Assembly (NCBI GenBank): GCA_048772705.1
Contig: JBLWGC010000169.1
Span: 136,088-200,087, forward strand
Reading direction: 5' to 3'
Length of the DNA stretch: 64,000 bases
Source: Leidyana gryllorum EB-2025a
Taxonomy: Eukaryota > Protista > Apicomplexa
Below are positions 56,572 to 64,000 of the stretch, piece after piece; the first letter of the stretch is position 1; each line of letters starts with the position of its first letter. The position numbers and the translations under genes are program-made. The notes beneath the pieces are model-generated. The model saw only the letters and a program-made list of their open reading frames with translations, made no database searches and was not told where the DNA came from.

Positions 56572-58445
56572 TCACTGATTGTCGCCTGATGGCTCTTCGT
56601 CCATCTTCTGCGCTGCTCGAACTGTTGCTTCGTGCAGCAGCTCAATGGGGTCCAGTTCTCCAGCCTCCTTGTCGTACTTCTTCGCCTCCTCTGTAAATAT
56701 CCGACCCAACACACGCAAACCTTCCGCACGCTGGCGCTGCACTGCCTCATCAACGGCCTTGTCATGCAGACACTGGGCACACGCATTCGCCAGCGTGGTG
56801 TGTATATCGTTGATACAAATGGCCAACATGGCTCCCATGACGTGACGTAGTGTCTTCTGAGCTGCTTCTTGTTCCTCAGCCGCCAGACCATAGTCAGGTG
56901 TGGTAGCAGCAGTGCCCCCAGCTCCTCCTCCGGGCGCACCACTTGTCGCCTCGGACTGACCATCACTCAAATTAGTCTCGCTTCGATTGTTCTTCTTCAA
57001 CTCCTCTTTTCGCTGCTTCTCGCTCTTCTTCTGCGCTTTCCGGTTCACCTTTGCCGCGTGTGCCGCCTCAGACACGATCGACCACTTGGTCTCCCACTGC
57101 TTCTTGCGCATCCGCCACTTGGCCTTTTGGTTCTGCGAGACACTCTCTTTCCCTCCAATGTATCTGTCCGCCTGATTCTCATACATAAAACCGACGGCCT
57201 TCACCAAAGGAGCCCCAAACGAACAGTTACATAACCGAGCACCTTCCTGGGAGACAGAGAAAGAGGGTGAGCAGTAAGAGATCTCCTTTGACTGCCGCTT
57301 ACCTGTTCCATCTCGCCAATCCATCGGGCCAGGGCCGCATCGTCAATGGGATCACACATCTGCGCCAACACATACGGCTGCAAGCGGTCTCTCAAAGCCA
57401 CTGCCAAACCCAGTTCGCGAACTTCCTGAGTCAACCTGTCCTTCTGCATTGAAGGGCCATCATATCTACTTCGCCTCCCAAACCCAAAACTCACGGCATC
57501 GCTCTGAGTTTCCTGGTCAAGCATTGCCACCAACTTCAGCTTCCCGATGTACGGCTCCATAGCGTCACTGCCAAACAGCATCGCAAAGAAGAGCGAGCTA
57601 TCCATAAACTCCATCTTCTCGGTTGCCGCTTTCCCTTGCTTATCGTACTCGTCGCGACGCGCTTCATCACCAAGCACTTGATACGCCTCACCAATTAACT
57701 GGAACCGCTCCTTCGCCGTTGGGTCGTCCGGATGCTTGTCAGGGTGACACTCTTTCGCCAACTTGTAGTATGCCTTTCGGATCGTCGCCTGCGAAGCTGC
57801 AGGCTCCACTCCGAGGATATCATAGTACTCAGTATCCACCACTGCACGACCCTTGATGCCCAAACTCACACCGCTGACTGAATGCCCAACGTTGAGATCG
57901 CTATTGACTGCGTCCACAGCTTCCAAGTCCCGTTGGCGCTCAATATAAACGTCGTCCAGGATGCCGTACTTCTCTCGCCATTCTCCCGTCTTTTTGTCAT
58001 ACACAGTCTCTTTCCCTGAAACAGAATCGTCATCGAATCAAAGCACAAACTCACCAGCTTGTTGACACGCCTTCTTCGTGTTCTTCGCGCCTATGCCCAC
58101 TTGTCTAGCACCACTGGCCACACCCACTATGGGACACACCACAGCTCCGGTGACTCCAGCAGCCAAACCTTTAGCCAATCCTCCAGCACCGCCTTCCTTG
58201 GCACCCATGATTGGAGCAGCAATGAGGGTTCCGACTCCGAGTCCAACCCCTTTCACAATCTCTCCAGTACCTGACAATAGACCTCGCCCAATATGTTTGG
58301 GCTTCGTCTTCTTGAACAATGGCAAACCATCACTATGACAATCCTGAGCATTCACGTCAACGCGCTGCTGCTGAGCAGTCGCTGGAACAATAGCAACCTC
58401 GTGGCCAGGAGCACTCATTTTTTTCCACCATCTTTTCTGTACCAT
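56572..58445 (-). CDS. DnaJ protein with DnaJ-X domain (paralog 2)
   Basis: VVDTEYYDILGV...ECHPDKHPDD..FQLIGEAYQVLGD, with the same N-terminal region and X domain (AICINDIHTTL). Start is at 58445 or 58418. Confidence 0.9.
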
Positions 58446-58491
58446 AAAGCCATGCGCATCTCTAACCTATCACAAGCCGTACTGAAGTTTC

Positions 58492-60821
58492 TCACAAAGC
58501 AGAATCGAAAAGATCATCAGCAGCTGTCGACGAGGCTCTTCGCAGTACTACCTGCTTCCTCTTCGGCATTGAAACTGTAGTCAAACATCTCTTCCGTGAT
58601 CCGGCTGCGTTCGACTTTTCACCCCCAACTTGGCTCTGGCCCTCCCCCTGACGCCAACCACCAACTCCCCCCAGGCGTCTTGGCACCGCCACTGGAACGC
58701 CCGTCTCAGCCTGTGTGGCCTCTGTGACACCCGTTGATTCACTTGCATCCTTCGCAGCAAGCCCATCGTCCAGAAAGGGCGAAGGCGATTGCCGTCTTCT
58801 CCCAACCTTCAGTTGTCGGCATTGTGGTTCTGCTTGGCACGAGTTTCAGCTTCTCTATTCACTTCTCTCACCTTCAGGCTTGGGTGCTTGCTGCAACTGA
58901 CGGGCCGCCAGTGCCTGACGCAGCTCTCTATCCATGTAATCACATTGCTATTAACAGGTTGGTAAGCTATCTTGGTGTTCAGACCGGGCTCACCTGCTTG
59001 AACCGTTCGTCAATCTCCGCCAGAACGGCCTGATGTTCCTCCTCCAACTGCTGACGACGAACTTCGAACCTTCCAACATCTTTCATCACTTTAAAGTGAC
59101 TTTCGGCGTCGAGCAAATACTTGGGATTGTTTTCGGCCTTCTCAAGTTCACCCTCCGCGATCACTCGAGTCAGATCGTTTGATAAGAAATCTTCCCATGC
59201 GAGATCTTCTTTGGCTAGCAATGAGTTCAAAGCCTCAGATTGCATTCGCAAATCTCTCGCCTGCAGCCGTATTGCTTCTTGACGGTCTTGATACTCTCTG
59301 TACAACGGTTCCAGTTCTCCAAACCTCATTTGGGCACGATTCCCTCGTTCAATCATGTCTTCGATCGCTTGCTCAAGTCGCATTTCCTCACAAACCAAGC
59401 CACAGAGCTCTAGTTCAGCCTCCAACAACCGATCAGCATCTGCCTCTGCCTGCAGTGCGACTTCATGGCTCTGTTGTAACATCTCCAAGTCCCATTGAAG
59501 ATCGGCCAAACACTCCTCGTACTGGACCTTTTGCTCTTCCAGCAGGGTCTGAGCGGCCTGCAATTGTTGCAGCTCCTTCTGCCCGACTTCCAATGCAGAG
59601 TTCATTCCCGCTATTTGTTGCTGCAGATCGGCAAGTCGGCCCTTCTGAATTTCACAGGTCCTGATACCGAAAGATGCAACTGAACGAACATTGATAGAAC
59701 CACTCACTCTGTAGCCTGTTCTATCCGCTCTTGCCAGGCAACAATGACAGCTTCTTCGTTCAGAATGGTCAGTTCCACTTCGGTCGTCCGCAGTTCCAAC
59801 TCGCGCTGCTTGTCCGCAGCGACTGCCAATGCCTGTTGCGAGCGGGAACATTCCTCTTCCAGCTCTCGAATCCTGCACAACATTGTATGCGATCAGGTGG
59901 CATCATCCCCATCATCACTCACTTGAAAGCCTGATCATGCAGTTTGATACGCATCTCGTCTATAGCGATTACAAGGTCTTGATCTTCCTCAGCATTCTTG
60001 AGAGAGTCTTGGGCCAAAGAATTAAAACGCTTATACGCTTCATCCTCGATCCGCTGAAGAAAGAGCTCCCATTCAGCCAAGTCACTATCCAGCTGCAAAG
60101 TTACTTCACCCTCTGGCGACAAATCAATGCCGAAGTCAATCGCCAGGGAACGAACTCTCGAAGCACATTGCTGCACTGCCAGCTCGCTTTCTTTCCGACT
60201 GAACTCCTCAAGTTCGCGCAATCTGGTAACCTCGTCCTGAAGCTCATCAATGACTTTCTCCCTTTCCATTTGAGCTTTGCGTAAAGTATCGTACTCCTCC
60301 TGCTTAGCCGTCCGCTGTTTGCACGTTTCCTGCCCTTTATCCTCGAGCTCGACAGCCGTGTCGGTGACCTTTCGAAGGTCAGTTGACAGACTTGCCAGTG
60401 TGTCTAAGCGCTTCTGCTTTGCTTCAAGCAGTTCTGCTCTGTCTGATTCAGCAACAGTCAGGACTGTGAGGCGCTGGAGTTGGAGATCCTCCATATCGCG
60501 GATTGACTGCTTCCGTTTTTCCATCCGCTCCGTGATCTTGGCAAATGTTTCCTCCAAATCCTGGATGATGAGGATGAAGTGAGGCATTAAGGTCACGTAG
60601 GGCGCTATGGCCGCCTCTGCTTTGGAGGACAGTCCGTCCAGATAGTCATTCCCGTGCTTTAGATCTTCTGCTGCTCGCTCCAGTTCCCGAGTGGCTAGCA
60701 TGACTGGAGCACTTGACGATCAAAGATATTGTTGACTCCACTTACCCTTGCGAATAGCAGCATACGAGTCCGTGAGAGTGTTTTCGACGTGCCGATGGAT
60801 ACAATGCACTTCGCTAAGCAT
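58492..60821 (-). CDS. Long coiled-coil protein, unknown function
   Basis: E/Q/L-rich heptad ORFs 59919-60701 and 58979-59878, linked by introns. First exon MLSEVHCIHRH starts at 60821. The 3' end is approximate. Confidence 0.7.
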
Positions 60822-60882
60822 TATTGAATACAGCGTTGAGGAATCAATAGACGCGCACACGCGTGCGAACACGCATTTCATA

Positions 60883-62821
60883 TCATGACGATGCTATAGA
60901 CACACTAGTCTTGTGCGATTGAACGTCTGATATGGCTTTGTCCAAGTCGCCTTCTTGTGTCACTTGAACTAAGTGCTTTTCTCTGAGGTGAGTGAACTTG
61001 GCGTCTTGTCGCTCGCGGGCAGAGGGGTCGAAATAAAACTCTAACTGGGATACAGCCAATGTAAGTGCCTGGTAGCACACATGTAGGCAAGGCAAATCTA
61101 CAGATAACTTACGGTTGAAATGACACCGGTGACGATGAAGGTCCACAATGCGGACACCGCATAGAAGCCTTCTGGTAGCAGCCACCATTCGAAGCCTCCA
61201 GCAAAAGTGCCCATACGAATCCAGCCGAAGGTACAGACCGTGATGTAGCCAGCAGCAACACCTATAGCAACTCCAATGGGGGTTACGATGCTCCAAAGGG
61301 ACAACAGCATGGGCGGAGCCATCTGAAAAGAGCGGCATAGGCTTGAAGGTCACGAACTGGGTAGAGCTTACGCAAGCACTGCCGAGGTTAGCGACCATGA
61401 AGAGCACCATGATACTCGGAGGGTCGAAAAGGGCTGTGACGAGGGCTCCAATGAAGACCAGAAGCGCGATGAAACGTGCCCAATTGTAATTAAGGTGTCG
61501 CTCGCCGATCTCAGCAGCGATGACACAGGCAAAACCAGAAGAGAAGGTATCGATGGAAGAGGCAGCCAGACAGGTGGCTAGGAGCAGGAAGCCACCGGAC
61601 CAGATAGGTTTCAAGAGACCGAGGACGGCGAAGAAGGGGGAAAGTGTATCCAGATCTGCTAGGATAACACCTCCACGGACTCCTGCTTCAGCGACGATTC
61701 CAACAGAGCCGAAGATGATGAGAGGAATAGACACCATAGCGGTGGCAGCCAGCAGCCCGACGCGGGCTGCCCGTTCACTCTCGGCGGCGTACATCTAAGA
61801 CAGATAGGAGTACTCTATTGACTTGAACTTACCCTGGACCAGACGGAGGGATCCATGAAGGTTGCGTAGAAACACGAGAGAAGGAGAACAGCTGCCGTCA
61901 CCAGTCCCTCGCCAGTGGCCTTTCCAACTTGTTTGAACTCTTCTTTGGGAACTTGAGGTAACGCTAAGCCGTATACAGCAGCGGATCCGAAGATGACAAA
62001 GAGAGTGATGACCAAAAACTGAATTCTATCGGTGAGCAGAGAGGCGCGGAAACCCGCCAGAGATGTGTAGGCGAAAGTAATCACCGCAAGCGACACAGTG
62101 ATCACAACCGTCTTCACGTTCGGAGAGACAGTGAGATAGATACTTGATACCGTCGTAGCTTCGACGACAAAGGAGATGAAAATTAAACCCAATGTGAAGA
62201 TTGTGTACACAACATGGAGCAGCGGACCCAGTCGGCTACGGACGCGTGTGATGTGTTGCTCATGTGGACAGCGGCGACTCACACTTTCACATAGTCAGTA
62301 GCCGTGAAGCCGCGACCGTTGGTCCGAGATCGCATCATAGGACCAAAGAAGGCCATCGCGGACCACGGCAGAGCAGTGGCCAGTGCATAGCCGACGACGC
62401 CGATCCATCCCGCCACGCCTCCGACTTCAGCCGGGGCAGCGAGTACCCAACTTCCTGTGGGCGTGGATGAGATCGGCAGTCATCACCCGCAAAGCTCACC
62501 TTGACAACTAACGAAAAACGAGGCAGCAATAGCCCACCATTTGGCAGAGTTGCGAGCTGAGATCACGAACTCGCCCGGATCCTTTTGCTGCGGGGGGGGG
62601 AGTGAAGGAGTGGCTGTGAGACGTTAGCTCACATTAACTTTGCGGGTGGCCAGCGACCAAATAATCCCTGTAACACCCACGGCGAAAAGGGCACTATAAA
62701 ACAACACATATGCCGTGGAACTCTTCAAACTGGTGACAGCAAAGGTCTCCTCCACGGAGTTCACCAGTCGCTCGCCATAAAGGCGATGCCTCAGCAACAG
62801 CTCCGACACTCTACTGCTCAT
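60883..62821 (-). CDS. Sodium:solute symporter (SSS), DUR31/DUR3-like
   Basis: Multi-TM exons with AYTSLAGFRASLLTDRIQ, W.R.YAAES, ASSIDT, SIMVLFMVANL. Confidence 0.85.
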
Positions 62822-62853
62822 ATTGATGTTTTTTTTAAACAACTACCACTAGT

Positions 62854-63193
62854 TGATGATTTGTGAACCGTTACTGTCCTGTCTGGTTGGGTCGAGCAGA
62901 GGTGAATGCGTCGGTTGGTTTTCAGTGGTCGAATCCTTTTGTTGCGGCGGAATGGTAGCTGGCATCATCTAACCGTAGTTTTTGGTAGTCAATGTTCAAT
63001 CACTCAATCAGTCAAAACGCGTGTGTGTAAACGTGTGTCTCCCCGGCCGGGTATGGCCGGGCACAAGGTGCTTTACTACGACCAAACTGCTTAATTCGGT
63101 GTCCATGAACTATTTATTGGGTCCTTAAGACGTCGCTCCTACTGCTGGTAGTGTCAATCAGAAATAGACACAACATCATTTTTTGGATCATCA
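62854..63193 (-). mobile_element. Putative 3' LTR (340 bp)
   Basis: The minus strand starts TGATGAT (63193) and ends ATCATCA (62854), a 7-bp terminal inverted repeat. It is preceded by a GGGGGG polypurine tract (63194-63199) and contains AATAAA. Confidence 0.7.
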
Positions 63194-64000
63194 CCCCCCG
63201 TGACACTACCATCAGTAGGCTCAGTTCGTCGTCTCTTCCGCATCTTAGGTTGACACTCTTCCGGGACCGAGTCCATAATCTTGTCCCAGGTGCAGGCCGG
63301 GAGCTTGGTCAGTGAGTGATGGTATTTTGTATGAGGGGCGTCAAGTGCTATTATCTGGGCCGCAAGCTTTGCTAAACTAGCTGGAACTTCTCCTTTCAGT
63401 TTTTGACATCGCCTGCGCGGTACCGTGGCCGTCCTAGCGCTCCCATAGAAGTACAGTACTAGCTGTGATCCCCGCACATCCAGCACTCTAGCGGGTAAAC
63501 TCCATAAGACGTCGTACCTGCTTTTTAGTGCCCTTTCTCCCGCATCTGCCAACATATCGCCTGTAGTCAGCTGGGCGAGAACTAAGTCTCCCTTTCCAAA
63601 GTTCATGTCAGAGGGGTATGGTTGTGGTCCTTTCCGACTCTGTTGGACGTGGATCATCCTCGTAATTGCAATAGCAATTTGGCTGGCTCGGCGGGACTCG
63701 TTCGTATCTCGTCGATACTGCTGCCATCCCGGGAATACCATATCGAAGCCCATCATCAGCTTGAATGGGCTTTCGTTCGTAGCCGAGTGCGGGCACGCAT
63801 TGTGAACCTGAACGGAGTATATCACTGCATCCTCAAGTTCAATCCTGTAATCCATCGTAGCAGCTTTGATAGATGCCTCTAACGCCTTGTGAGACGCTTC
63901 GTTGATCCCGTTACCCTGTGGGTAATACGGGCTTGTAAAAGCGTGATATGCCTTCAGCCCTTGTACCACGTAGCGACCGAACGCACCCGCGAAATGGGCA
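63154..64000 (-). mobile_element. Ty3/Gypsy-type LTR retrotransposon pol, integrase C-terminal part (truncated by window edge)
   Basis: FTSPYYPQGNGINEASH (catalytic Glu region), HNACPHSATNESPFKLMMG, then GDLVL...WSLPARV (GPY/F-like domain). The frame is open. Confidence 0.9.

Noticed and set aside
1-64000. Alternative genetic code, stop readthrough or non-canonical introns
   Set aside because: The conserved genes I modelled resolve with the standard code and GT-AG introns. The in-frame stops I examined fall within introns.

Overview
Gene-dense, GC-rich eukaryotic DNA with short canonical GT-AG introns (about 30-270 nt, one about 1 kb) and very short intergenic gaps. An ApiAT-like transporter, a Lys-rich formin FH1 and an LTR retroelement suggest a gregarine-like apicomplexan; this is an inference and the species cannot be identified. 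I spliced the ORF track by eye into about 30 genes. Recognisable products: PDE12/CCR4-like EEP nuclease, MPE1/RBBP6-like RING protein, CSB/RAD26, formin, metacaspase, SmD1, ApiAT-like MFS, atypical Ser/Thr kinase, DNA pol lambda, BAR-like+UBA protein, prenyltransferase alpha, YFH7-like P-loop kinase, U1-70K, two tandem DnaJ/DnaJ-X paralogs, a DUR31-like SSS symporter, and the 3' end of a Ty3/Gypsy element. Best leads: (1) a Not3 N-terminal domain fused to an SH3 domain in place of the NOT-box; (2) a secreted META/HslJ-domain gene hidden inside a longer ORF; (3) a 340-bp LTR ending 32 bp upstream of the symporter ATG; (4) coding regions only 10-60 bp apart, implying overlapping or polycistronic transcripts; (5) a His-rich ASR-like repeat protein; (6) a 4x telo-box cluster. 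All family assignments come from remembered motifs and no searches were run. No tRNA, rRNA, snRNA or CRISPR array was recognised.
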